DNA from: Amoebophrya sp. A120 | Lineage: Eukaryota > Protista > Dinoflagellata | Reading direction: 5' to 3' | Assembly (NCBI GenBank): GCA_905178155.1 | Contig: CAJINV010000012.1 | Location: 429,271 to 493,270, forward strand | Length of the DNA: 64,000 bases | Shown: positions 12,946 to 22,763 of the stretch, piece by piece | How the letters are laid out: the number at the start of each line of letters is the position of its first letter | Position numbering within the stretch: position 1 is the stretch's first letter | The notes under the pieces: generated by a model | What the model saw: only the letters and a program-made list of their open reading frames with translations | What the model was told of the DNA's origin: nothing | Database searches by the model: none | Made by a program: the position numbers and the translations under genes

Positions 12946-13033
12946 CCAAAACAAGTCATCAAAACAAGTCCCCAAAACAAATCACCAAAACAAGTCACCA
13001 AAGCAAGTCACCAAAACAAGTCAAGTCACCAAA
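12946..13033. repeat. 13-bp tandem repeat (CAAAACAAGTCAC), about 6 units
   Basis: Directly visible tandem array. Confidence 0.85.
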
Positions 13034-13855
13034 TTTCATCAACTCTCTGCCAAAACAAGTGCCAAGAAATACTTGCACTTTCATCTTCGTACACGTCCTT
13101 GTTTGAAATCTTACCATATACTTTCACCATACACAAATACTGCCTTGCTTATACCAAAAAAAATGAAGCTTCAAGATTGTAACTTCCTTAAAGCTACGCG
13201 TCGATCTCATTGCAGCACTAGGATCCCACTGGTCCAAGAAAAGAAAATTTATCTCCAACATCAAAAAAGACTCTCCTAGAAGCCGCTGCGCATCTAAAGA
13301 TCGTCGGTCTTAATATACATAAAGCCTAAAGAAGCGCCCGCTAGGCGGGAAACTCGCAACGAGTTTGCTGGGCCGGTCGCACAACGAACTCTGAGCCGTG
13401 TGCGTGTCAACATGAGAAAATAAAAATTTTGAAAAAATAAAAGCACTGCGGTCCTTCCTTCGCGTTTCTGTGCGTGTTCTGCTTATGGCCCTACAGTCGA
13501 TGTTGTATTGCGACGTTCCATATATAAAGCTGTAACTGTAGTTGTGGGTCATACCATCCACAGCAGCTGCGCCACAAGCAGCTCTGGATCTTCTACTTGA
13601 TTTTTGTTTTTGTTTTTGACTACACCAGCTAAAGAATGACAATACAAATTTACAACAGTTCTACGCTTCAGTTCTGCGCTTTAGTTAGCCAAAGTCGGTT
13701 TAGGAAGACTTGTCCGATCTATAAGTCGATAAAATCGTGGCTGTGCGTGTGTTATTATCCTTGTTCTTTTTTCCCTTTACAACAACTTTACATAAATAAA
13801 CACTACAACTTTACTTACAGAATTTTTACCCACCCAACATCATAGGAGGTTGCAC

Positions 13856-15275
13856 TCACTCACCTGTCCATTGGCACAGCTGGATTCCGCACTTGAAATC
13901 GCTTATCCAGTCCTCGTTCGGCTGCTCCTGCATCCGTTCAGCGGGCCAACTCGGATCAGGTGTCAAGGTGGCATAGCATTTTAGAATCGTCATTTCCGTC
14001 GGGGATTCCAATATTGCGAAATCGTGCCTGTCCATTGTGTACCACACCTTGGTGTTGCTAGTGTTGGACCTTTTCTCCCAACGGTTATCGTAGTCAAAAA
14101 CAGGATGCGGGCGTCCGGGCGTGTACTTGAAGTCACTTCCGGCATCAAAAGAGATATCCGTGGTGTAGTGTTCCGTGCGCAGCACGTCGCCGAAAACCGC
14201 TCCACCACTGCTTTCGACTACCTCCTTCCGCGTCAGGCGCAATCGGTCTTCGTGGGGCTTCGGCGCAGAGAGGTAGAAGGGCGTGGCCTGGAAAACTTTC
14301 GGGTAAAACGCAGCCAAGGCGGCCGACGAAAGGCTCGCGGCCCCCGGCGTGCTGCTCCTTTTGCTTCTACTTTCCGCTGGACTTCTTCTTCCCATCTGCT
14401 GGCTACTTCGCAACAACAGCTGCGCTTCGCTTTCCGCACTGAGCTGCAGGGCCCGGCCCGAGGAGAAGCCCTCGGGCTGCTCAGTCGAAACGTATCGGAA
14501 ACTGCGAGAACGGTCCGGAGACCGCGCTGCAAGAGGGGGTGCAGGGTCCGGCTGCGAAAAAGAGGAGACGGAAAAGCTTCGACTCTTATCCTCGTTCTCG
14601 CTGCTGACTCGGAGGTGATTGATGCTCCCCTGTTCATTCTCGTTGGAAGAGGAATTACAACCAGCACAACCACTAGCACTATTTGATGTAGGCAAAAAAT
14701 CCGCCTGCTTTCCTTTCTCCTTTTCCACCAGTCTCTTCAGTGCTGCTTCCACGGATTTTTGCGAAAGGAACTCATCCGAACTGCGGTGATTGATGCCAAA
14801 GACGTTCATTCCCTCCTCATCTGGTAGGAAGCTTTGGTTCGCAGTACAGCTGAATTCCCCCGGACGGAGGAGAGCGTCAGCAAGCACCTTCTTCGCCGCA
14901 TCACTCAACTTGGACGCTGCCGTCCGTGGGGTAGAAGAAGTACTGCCTGAGGACAAGGGGGTGGAGGCTGCACCTTGGGGATCATTTGGCTCCTCACCCT
15001 GAAAAAGCTGCTGCGGCTGCGCCTCGTCCTCCACAACGTCTGGCAGCATCAAAGAGGATTTTTTCCCAGCAGCCACCATGGCTTGCTCGTTCGCTTCCAC
15101 GGCTTCGCGCCCCAAGCGGCTCACTGCCGCCAACGCCCCGGAGCCCTTACTGCGTCCTGCCCCGAGGGAAGATCGTCTCTGCCTCATTTCCCGCCGGAGA
15201 ACGATTTCCATGGCCGTCTGCGGTGTGGGAACGCGGAACTGCGGAACACTCTTCGCAATGCGGAACACTCTTCGC
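13856..15275 (-). pseudogene. Family-1 gene lacking its 5' end (fused to the LTR remnant)
   Basis: Shares LRPGxFxCxxNQ, LQLSAESE, YPxxF, KPxEDRL and YTTDxS motifs with 25648..27006. The N-terminus of ORF 13856..15499 is antisense LTR/leader sequence. Confidence 0.75.
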
Positions 15276-15438
15276 AATTTTTCCCCACAGGCTGTGACGA
15301 TAGTCGCCATAGATTGATTGCGACTAAGAAACACTGAATCCCACCTGGATTCTGCTTGACATGCAAGATGGCCAGTGTTCACACCGCCCGCGTTTCTTCG
15401 TCGTTGATTGTCTTCACACCGTGAAAATTCGGTTGACA
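15276..15438 (+). repeat. 5' LTR remnant (last 163 bp)
   Basis: Matches 22195-22357 with 3 mismatches by eye and ends TTGACA. Confidence 0.9.
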
Positions 15439-16301
15439 TTCTAACGGCACAGCCTTGAGCGCTGACACCAAGACACGACCAGTGCCAACACGACAACAAC
15501 TACCAAGCCTGGTCCCCCCGCAACACGACAACACCTACCAAGCCAGGACCAGAACCAAACCACCAACCACACCAAGACCCGCAGGAAGGTACTAAAAGCA
15601 CGAAGAAAAATAAAGAAAATTTTGAATTTTTGGTAGTGTTTTTGAATAGAATTTTTGTTTGAATTTGAACTAAAAATTTAGGCAAAATAACCCCCAGCCA
15701 CCGAGTTCAAATCAACCAACAGTGGTGATTTGCTGCCGTGATATCAATTGCTGATACACGGTCAGAGGCTGTTTGAAAGTAAAAGAGAATTTGTAATCAT
15801 ACACCTACACAGGTGCAAGAGAGACAAAGCGACCAAAGGTGCGCGCTACGAAGCCCGTAACCTTTGCCGAAGCATCGAGCGAGGAACAAGACAGGTGCTA
15901 AAAGTGTACTTATTTTCGGTCTGTTTTCTAAAATCATTGGAAATTTTGAATGCGAGCACACATGGCAAGAGCACAAAAATCGCATGTTAATCCTCCCCAA
16001 CAAAAACTATTACAGTTTTGGGCGGCGGATTTAACGCACCGAGCAGCAGGCCGGTACAAGAGCAAGGACCCGACAGCAGGCCACGAAAAAGGTACTGAAT
16101 TACATCGGTTTTTGAAAATAGAAGTCTAAACGTAATTCTGATTTTGTCTGTAATTGCATCGTGAATTCAACAAGATGATCGCATTTGAAATGCTGAATAC
16201 CATCTGAATTCGATTGCAAATTTCTTGTACAGGTAGCCGCCTACGCGTGTACCGAGTACAACAGACGACACAACCGCGACGCGCGTGCTCATCGTGAAAA
16301 G

Positions 16302-17450
16302 ATGGGGGCGCCGGGTGATGACCATCGTCCGAGCACTTCCGGCACCGTCGGAATGCTGTACGACGCGGAACACGAGGGAGAAACTGGAAAGGACTTCCAG
16401 ACGTTCAAGGGTAGCGTGATCGCTCAGGCGTTCTCGTTGAACATCGGTCCCCAGTTCAAAGAGGACTTAGAAGGAAAAGTCTGCATGGACAAGTGGGATG
16501 AGGTCGATCAGTTAGCCTGCGACCAGTGGGTTGCTGACGGCAAACACGAAAACGACTTCTGGCCCACCTACACAACCGAAGTGCGCTCAGCTTACGCGAA
16601 GTTGTATGGTACAGTATTCAAATCCTTAACCGGAAAGGCCCGAGCCAAAGCTCAGGACATTCAGGAAGAGCCCGGGGCTGACGCGTGTGTAGTCTGGTTG
16701 ATGCTTCAGATCAAGGAAAAGGCTAACCCGCAGACCGCCGGTGCCCGCCGCATGTTGATCAAGGAATATTTCAACAGCAAGCAGGGTGAAGATGAAACCG
16801 TGGAAGAACATATTGACAAACTGAAGAACTTCTGGAATTTCAAACTGGGCGCTAAAGTTACGGCCGAAGAGTTACGCTATCACTGTATCTTCGGGAACAT
16901 GCGCGAGGAATTCGATGAGTGCAACAAGCGTGCCTTGGCTAATGGATTCAGTTTCGAAGAAACCAAGAATCATATGGTCGAGGAAGAACGCGCTCTGTCT
17001 AGCAACGGAGAGACCACGAAGCACAAAGCTAATCTGGTCCGCAACAAGAATTCTCGCAACCAGCATGGCCCGCGCCCGGATCACGTTCAGAAGAACCGTG
17101 AGAAGCAGATGTTCTCCAATATGTTGAAGAAAGAGATGCCGAGTCTGATCCAGCAAGCCGCTGCGAATCTGATCGCGCAAAATCCGAACTTGACCCAGAA
17201 TCACACTGCTGGTAGCAATGACGACAGTCATGCGGCCAATTACGCAGGAGATTCCAAGTGGTGTTCGAATTGCAATTCGGAATCCCACAACACCAAGGAT
17301 TGCTGGTACAAAAACGGCAATAAGGTCAATAACAAGTCTTCCAATAAGAATTCCGGTAAGGGTAACAACACGAATACTGTTCGCAAGGGCAACGACAAGC
17401 CGAAGGGTGGAGGTAAGAAAGGAAAAGGAAAGAAGGGTAGGAAATACTGA
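16302..17450 (+). CDS. gag: Copia Gag with CCHC zinc knuckle
   Basis: KQGEDETVEEHI copia-gag motif, CSNCNSESHNTKDC (CX2CX4HX4C) and a basic C-terminus. Confidence 0.9.
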   Translation: MGAPGDDHRPSTSGTVGMLYDAEHEGETGKDFQTFKGSVIAQAFSLNIGPQFKEDLEGKVCMDKWDEVDQLACDQWVADGKHENDFWPTYTTEVRSAYAKLYGTVFKSLTGKARAKAQDIQEEPGADACVVWLMLQIKEKANPQTAGARRMLIKEYFNSKQGEDETVEEHIDKLKNFWNFKLGAKVTAEELRYHCIFGNMREEFDECNKRALANGFSFEETKNHMVEEERALSSNGETTKHKANLVRNKNSRNQHGPRPDHVQKNREKQMFSNMLKKEMPSLIQQAAANLIAQNPNLTQNHTAGSNDDSHAANYAGDSKWCSNCNSESHNTKDCWYKNGNKVNNKSSNKNSGKGNNTNTVRKGNDKPKGGGKKGKGKKGRKY

Positions 17451-20400
17451 GTCTTAGATGGTGTTTCGAAGAAAAGTAGCTTGTTACACAAACTACAAAA
17501 AGTAAGAAAACTATTCTTACGGCTGACGAAAACTCGATGTTATAATACAAATTATTCGCGATGTTTTTCAACTAAATTTTTAACAAAAATACCCCCCCAA
17601 AAGAACCCCCCACAAAAAGAACAACCACCTGGTGATGAACCACCAGTGACTACAAGTCATTTTGAAGAAGATGAATGTGTGTTCGACAGCAAGCTTGACA
17701 TCTTCAATCCAGATTCTTCATCATTAATCGATATGGATGATTTATTCTCGAATCTCGATAAGAATGAAGATGAAATTTGTACCAATGATGCAGCTGGTCC
17801 AACGAGACAGCTGAAAGGAAAACGAAAAAGAGCAGAGCTGGAGCTTGCTGAGCAATTTGCAACCCCAGAGATGGCAAATATGACACAACAAGTCCAGGCT
17901 CTTGAGTCGACCGATCGCGAAATCCGTAAGATTTTATTTCCTCGATCTCATGTTTCGGATGCGTCCAAAGCCGAACGAGTTGAAAAATGCAATCTGTCAC
18001 AAGATGCAGTATTTTCAATCGTAGCAAAAGAAAGCGAGCAAAATCATTCGCCCGAGTACACAGCAAGAAAGCTAGCACACCTCTACAGCGTTCGCGAATC
18101 AGCATTGAGGAAGGTGCGCGAGGCGAACGATGCTCATCGGAATAAAAAGGACGAGCAGCACCGAAATCATGAAACAGCTTTTAATTGTGTCGATGATGCA
18201 ATTTGCGACAGTGGCGCAACAAGTCACATGTCGGGCCGACCAGAGATTTTCGAATCTTGGGACGACAGTAATCCAGTGCGAATAACTGTAGCAGACGGAA
18301 AAGAGTTGGATGGCCCTGGATATTTTGGCACATTGAAACCAAACGCACTTGGTTGCAAGCGTGCAATATTCCATCCATTCCTTCCACAGACCCTCCTCAG
18401 TGTCGAGCAACTGAAGAAAGAAGGCTATAGAGTTGTTTTCGACGAAGGGGGCAACTACTTGCAAAGTAGGAAGACAGGAAAGAGAATTTTTCTTCACAAA
18501 GGGATCGGAACCAAGCTGCCGGCCGTGGCACTTGGGTTCAACGAAGATCCAGGTGAAAAGGGTTTGTTGTGCGAAGAGATCGAGACAGAGTCCACTATGA
18601 TGACAAAGGCTGAGAAAATGCTTCTTGATCATCAGCGTGCTGGACATCGTAGTCTACCAGGAATAGTAGTCCGATGTCCTGCCTGCGATCTCGCGAAAAG
18701 CAAAGGCGCGCAACATGCAAAAGCGAAGAAAGAATGCTACAAAGTTGAAAAATTCAATGACCAAGTTGATTTTGACTTCACTGGACCGTGGGAACCTGAC
18801 TACTGGTCGCAAAGATGGGTGCTAAATGCCATCGATCAAGCAACCAGCTGGCCTCGTTCTTTCATCTGCAAGAGCAAAGCAGAAGCAGGCGCAAAGCTGC
18901 AGGTCTGGATAAATGAAGAGGGACCACCGAAAAGAGTGAGATCCGACAATGCCAAAGAGTTCAAGGAACCAGGTAGCACTTGGAAAAAGACAGCACAGAA
19001 ACAGTCCCCGCCGATTCATACTGACTACTCAGCTCCATACGAACCACAAGAAAATGGAAAAGTTGAAAGATACAATCAAACTCACCAGAACGGAGTGAGG
19101 GCAATGATGGTCGGAGTCGATAAGCGTATGTGGAGTTATGCAGCACGCACTTTCTCCCACATATTCGCCCGAACCCCTACAGCCAAAGGAGGCGAGTCGC
19201 CATTTGAAAAACGCTTCAAAAGAAAACCTTCCATCAAGTATTTCCGACGTTTCGGATGCTTGGTATACGCGAAGGATCACTCACAGAAGTCGAAGCTTGA
19301 AGACCGGTTTACCCGTGGAATCTTTCTAGGCTACGCCCAAGAAAATTCTACATACCTGGTAGGCATGTGGTCCGCAGATGGTCGATGTAAGAAAAGCTCC
19401 AAAATCCGCTTCGGAGTCCACGAGGTGAAGTGTTGTAAGTTTGATGAATCAGTGCTGGTCAGCAAGATAGATGATCTGAAGCCGGACGCTGACAAGTTGT
19501 TAATTGATTTTCCGAATCCGGCGCGTCTGGGTGATAGTTCGCAGCTCGTAGAGCCGAATGTGCCCGCTGTAGATCATGATCAAAGCAGTCGTGGTCAGGA
19601 CGCTCCGAGGACCGATCGTTCGAAAGATGAAGAAGATGCGGACAAACGCAGTTCGAAGGAAAAAGAAACCGTCGAAAACGACGAGGGCAAGAGTTTCGAA
19701 GGGGGTGAGCAACCTGAGGAAGGGGGCGAGGAAAATCAAAACCCTAATCAGGATTGGCTCGATTTGTTTTCAGAGGAGGCGCCTGAAAAATCCCCGAAGC
19801 AGAAAAAGAAAGCTGAGAATGGAAATCGAAAAAGAAAGTCTAATACAGTTGATGCTGATGAAAAAGAGAACGAGACACAAGAAGCGCCTAGGATCCTCGT
19901 TGAAGGACCTACACGAAAGAAACTTCGCAAGAAGGGCCGAGGGCATGACAAGAAAAAGCGCAAAGAACGCAACGACAAAGGCCAAAGTCGTGGCCCTCGA
20001 GCAAAGAAAAGGCAGAAAGTCAATCTTGTGTCGTCATCTGACCTTTTGAAAGATCTACCGATGGAATTTGAAAAAGAAGCAGAAGCTATATTCCAGATTC
20101 GTCATGAATTAGAGGAGGACGAAACTCCTTACCTCTTTGGCTTGCAGCACACTTGGGCCAAGTGTCTGGAAAGTCCTGACGCAATCAAATGGATCGAGTC
20201 AGATACGAAAGAACGCCTAGCGCTAGAAGAAGCAAATACGTGGAGGCATGCAACCGCAGAAGACATCAAAGAGATGGGTGATAAGTTAGAGATTATCCCG
20301 ACGGTATGCATCTACACGAAGAAGAGAGACGGACGCTACAAGTGTCGTCTCGTAGCACTAGGAAACAGGCAAAAGCTATCTCTTCAAGGAGAAATATACA

Positions 20401-21812
20401 GCCCAACTGTGAGCCATGCCGCTAACAGGTATTTACTTGTTGAAGCAGCAGCACGCGGATGGAAAGTTAGACAGTTCGATATTTCAAATGCGTTTGTGCG
20501 TGCAGCTCTAGGTGACGAGATCGTGTTATGTCGCCTGCCCAAGCACAACAGCTGGAGCAAGAACAAAGAAAAAGGCGATGTTGTCAGGCTGTTAAAGTCG
20601 TTATACGGTCTGAAGATCAGCCCACGCCGCTGGTATGACGAATATTCCGGCAGACTCAAGAAGTTAGGCTGGGTTGTATCCGAACACGAACCAGGTTTGT
20701 TCAAGAAGTTTGCAAAAGACAAACAGGGAAAAGAGCAAGAGCTCTGGCTAGCAGTTTACGTAGATGACAACATTATCTCAGGCGAAGATGATGACCTTGT
20801 CGCTGCAGAAATGAATGCAATTTTAGCAGAGTTCCCAGGAAAAGAAATTCTCGCAGAATATGACAAGGAAGGCAATGAGATCCGCGACCTTCTCGGCGCA
20901 AAGTTGACCTTCAACGCGAAAAAGAGAGTCATGAAAATCACTTGCGAAGACGCAATTGATAAGCTGCTTGAGAAATTTCACATGAAGGACTGCCGCGCAG
21001 TAGTTTCCCCATGTTTACCAAATTCCCACGCAGACTTGGACTCGCCGTCGAATTCCACATTTCCGATAAGATCGCTAGTAGGCGGAATGTTGTATATCAG
21101 TTGCGTTGCCCGGCCTGATATCGCATTCGCAGTACAAAGAGTAGCGACGCAGGTAGCTAGTCCAACCGACCAAACGGTAAAAGATGCTAAGCGTATTCTG
21201 GCGTATTTGAAAGGAACCAAATCGCAAGGATTGGAATACAGCAAGCAGCAAGAGAAAAAGTTCAAAGAAATCTACACAAAAGCCGCAGAGCTAGAAAACA
21301 AGGAATACAGAGACACTATTGCTTTCTGCGATGCAGATTTTGCAGGATGTTCTGTAAGTTTTCGATCCACGTCAGGAACAATCCTATATCGACGCGGAGT
21401 TCCCATCTGTTGGAAGTCGAAACGTCAATCGATTCGAGCTACGTCAACAATGGAAGCCGAGTATTGCGCGATGTATGACTGTGTAAGGATGACTATGGAC
21501 CAAGGATATTTGAACTGGTTTTCAGAACAAGAGTCAGGATCTCTACCGTTGATCTTCAACGACAACAAGTCCGCGCTTGCGTTGAGTCAGACAACCGTAG
21601 CCACGAAAAGATCCAAGCACATGAGTCTTCGACTACACCTAGTACGAGACTACGTAAAAGACTTGTGCTATGTAAACACGGATATCAATCTAGCGGATGG
21701 ATTGACAAAACCACTTCCAGGAGAGAAGTATATCCAAATCTTCAAAGCTCCCGCACGAAAAGCTAATGAAGTATTTGCGAAAGCCCACTTTGTTGACTTC
21801 AATAATCTCTAG
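17451..21812 (+). CDS. pol: Copia Pol (protease, integrase, reverse transcriptase, RNase H)
   Basis: CDSGATSHM; H..GH...C..C with DFTG/SDNAKEF/ENGKVER; YKCRLVA, FDISNAF, LYGLK, YVDD; DADFAG, STMEAEY, DNKSAL, ADGLTK. Open in the gag frame directly after the TGA. Confidence 0.95.
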   Translation, partial: VLDGVSKKSSLLHKLQKVRKLFLRLTKTRCYNTNYSRCFSTKFLTKIPPQKNPPQKEQPPGDEPPVTTSHFEEDECVFDSKLDIFNPDSSSLIDMDDLFSNLDKNEDEICTNDAAGPTRQLKGKRKRAELELAEQFATPEMANMTQQVQALESTDREIRKILFPRSHVSDASKAERVEKCNLSQDAVFSIVAKESEQNHSPEYTARKLAHLYSVRESALRKVREANDAHRNKKDEQHRNHETAFNCVDDAICDSGATSHMSGRPEIFESWDDSNPVRITVADGKELDGPGYFGTLKPNALGCKRAIFHPFLPQTLLSVEQLKKEGYRVVFDEGGNYLQSRKTGKRIFLHKGIGTKLPAVALGFNEDPGEKGLLCEEIETESTMMTKAEKMLLDHQRAGHRSLPGIVVRCPACDLAKSKGAQHAKAKKECYKVEKFNDQVDFDFTGPWEPDYWSQRWVLNAIDQATSWPRSFICKSKAEAGAKLQVWINEEGPPKRVRSDNAKEFKEPGSTWKKTAQKQSPPIHTDYSAPYEPQENGKVERYNQTHQNGVRAMMVGVDKRMWSYAARTFSHIFARTPTAKGGESPFEKRFKRKPSIKYFRRFGCLVYAKDHSQKSKLEDRFTRGIFLGYAQENSTYLVGMWSADGRCKKSSKIRFGVHEVKCCKFDESVLVSKIDDLKPDADKLLIDFPNPARLGDSSQLVEPNVPAVDHDQSSRGQDAPRTDRSKDEEDADKRSSKEKETVENDEGKSFEGGEQPEEGGEENQNPNQDWLDLFSEEAPEKSPKQKKKAENGNRKRKSNTVDADEKENETQEAPRILVEGPTRKKLRKKGRGHDKKKRKERNDKGQSRGPRAKKRQKVNLVSSSDLLKDLPMEFEKEAEAIFQIRHELEEDETPYLFGLQHTWAKCLESPDAIKWIESDTKERLALEEANTWRHATAEDIKEMGDKLEIIPTVCIYTKKRDGRYKCRLVALGNRQKLSLQGEIYSPTVSHAANRYLLVEAAARGWKVRQFDISNAFVRAALGDEIVLCRLPKHNSWSKNKEKGDVVRLLKSLYGLKISPRRWYDEYSGRLKKLGWVVSEHEPGLFKKFAKDKQGKEQELWLAVYVDDNIISGEDDDLVAAEMNAILAEFPGKEILAEYDKEGNEIRDLLGAKLTFNAKKRVMKITCEDAIDKLLEKFHMKDCRAVVSPCLPNSHADLDSPSNSTFPIRSLVGGMLYISCVARPDIAFAVQRVATQVASPTDQTVKDAKRILAYLKGTKSQGLEYSKQQEKKFKEIYTKAAELENKEYRDTIAFCDADFAGCSVSFRSTSGTILYRRGVPICWKSKRQSIRATSTMEAEYCAMYDCVRMTMDQGYLNWFSEQESGSLPLIFNDNKSALALSQTTVATKRSKHMSLRLHLVRDYVKDLCYVNTDINLADGLTKPLPGEKYIQIFKAPARKANEVFAKAHFVDFNNL

Positions 21813-21891
21813 GATTGATTGATGCGAATTTCACACAAAGTCATCTCATCTGATTCATTTCGATGATTTAATGTTCATTCGGAAGGGGGAA

Positions 21892-22357
21892 TGTTAGGCA
21901 AGATATGAAATCCACCAGGATCATAAGCCAAGCAAATTCCCTACGACCTAAATTGAATGTTCATTGAAGTCAGGCTCTAAATTTGTCGTTCAAATTTGGA
22001 TCCAAAGTGAAATCAGCATGTTCATACAAATGAACCAAAAATGAAGTTCATTCAAATCCCACACTGTAAGCTAGTGATGATCAACGATGGTTGATCGGAT
22101 TTCTCATAAAATTAGGGTGATTAGAATAAATTTGAACTTTCATGTTTACCCCCTTGACTGAGACGTCAAAATTTGTGTGTTGTTCGGAACGCTAAATTTT
22201 TCCCCACAGGCTGTGACGATAGTCACCATAGATTGATTGCGACTAAGAAACACTGAATCCCACCGGGATTCTGCTTGACATGCAAGATGGCCAGTGTTCA
22301 CACCGCCCGCGTTTCTTCGTCGTTGATTGTCTTCACACCGTAAAAATTCGGTTGACA
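21892..22357 (+). repeat. 3' LTR, 466 bp
   Basis: Starts TGTTAG right after the polypurine tract and ends TTGACA. Confidence 0.9.
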
Positions 22358-22763
22358 CTTTTGTAGAAACGGCTACCATCGCCCGGGCCGGCTCTGCATC
22401 CTTCTTTGCGTCCAGAAGGAGACGCGCGACTTTTTCAGAGACACTACCAAAGTGCTGCTCCGCACGACGGGCGAAGGCTTTACGGGCTTGAGGTCCATCG
22501 CTGTTGGGAGACAGAAACGAATGGATGTGACGCCAGGCATGGTGCATTTCCTCTTCCTTGTTCTTTTCAAGATCTGGACTTACTGGGGCACGGGAGGTAG
22601 AGGTGGTGGCTCCAGGATTTTGACCTCCTCCTGCTCCAACTACCAGCTCACTCGAGCTTGCAGACGAGGACGCCAGGACTCCCTCCGCGAGATAGGCTGC
22701 CTGGTAGGCGAGGAGCCAAGCGTGGCCCTGCAGCTGCGCCAGAGGGTGGAGAAGTCGAAACAT
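22358..22763 (-). pseudogene. Family-1 gene 5' fragment interrupted by the copia element
   Basis: MFRLLHPLAQLQGHAWLLAYQ...HIHSFLSP...AFARRAEQHF...AMVAVSTK, then runs into the LTR. Confidence 0.8.

Larger units (their letters stand above)
15276..22357 (+). mobile_element. Ty1/copia LTR retrotransposon with truncated 5' LTR
   Basis: gag plus pol in PR-IN-RT-RH order; polypurine tract GGAAGGGGGAA at 21881-21891; 3' LTR TG...CA at 21892-22357; 5' LTR remnant at 15276-15438. Confidence 0.95.

Noticed and set aside
13856-15499. 547-aa ORF as an intact gene sharing a 'domain' with ORF 22146..22796
   Set aside because: The shared STEF...ACGEK peptide is the LTR read antisense, not a protein domain.
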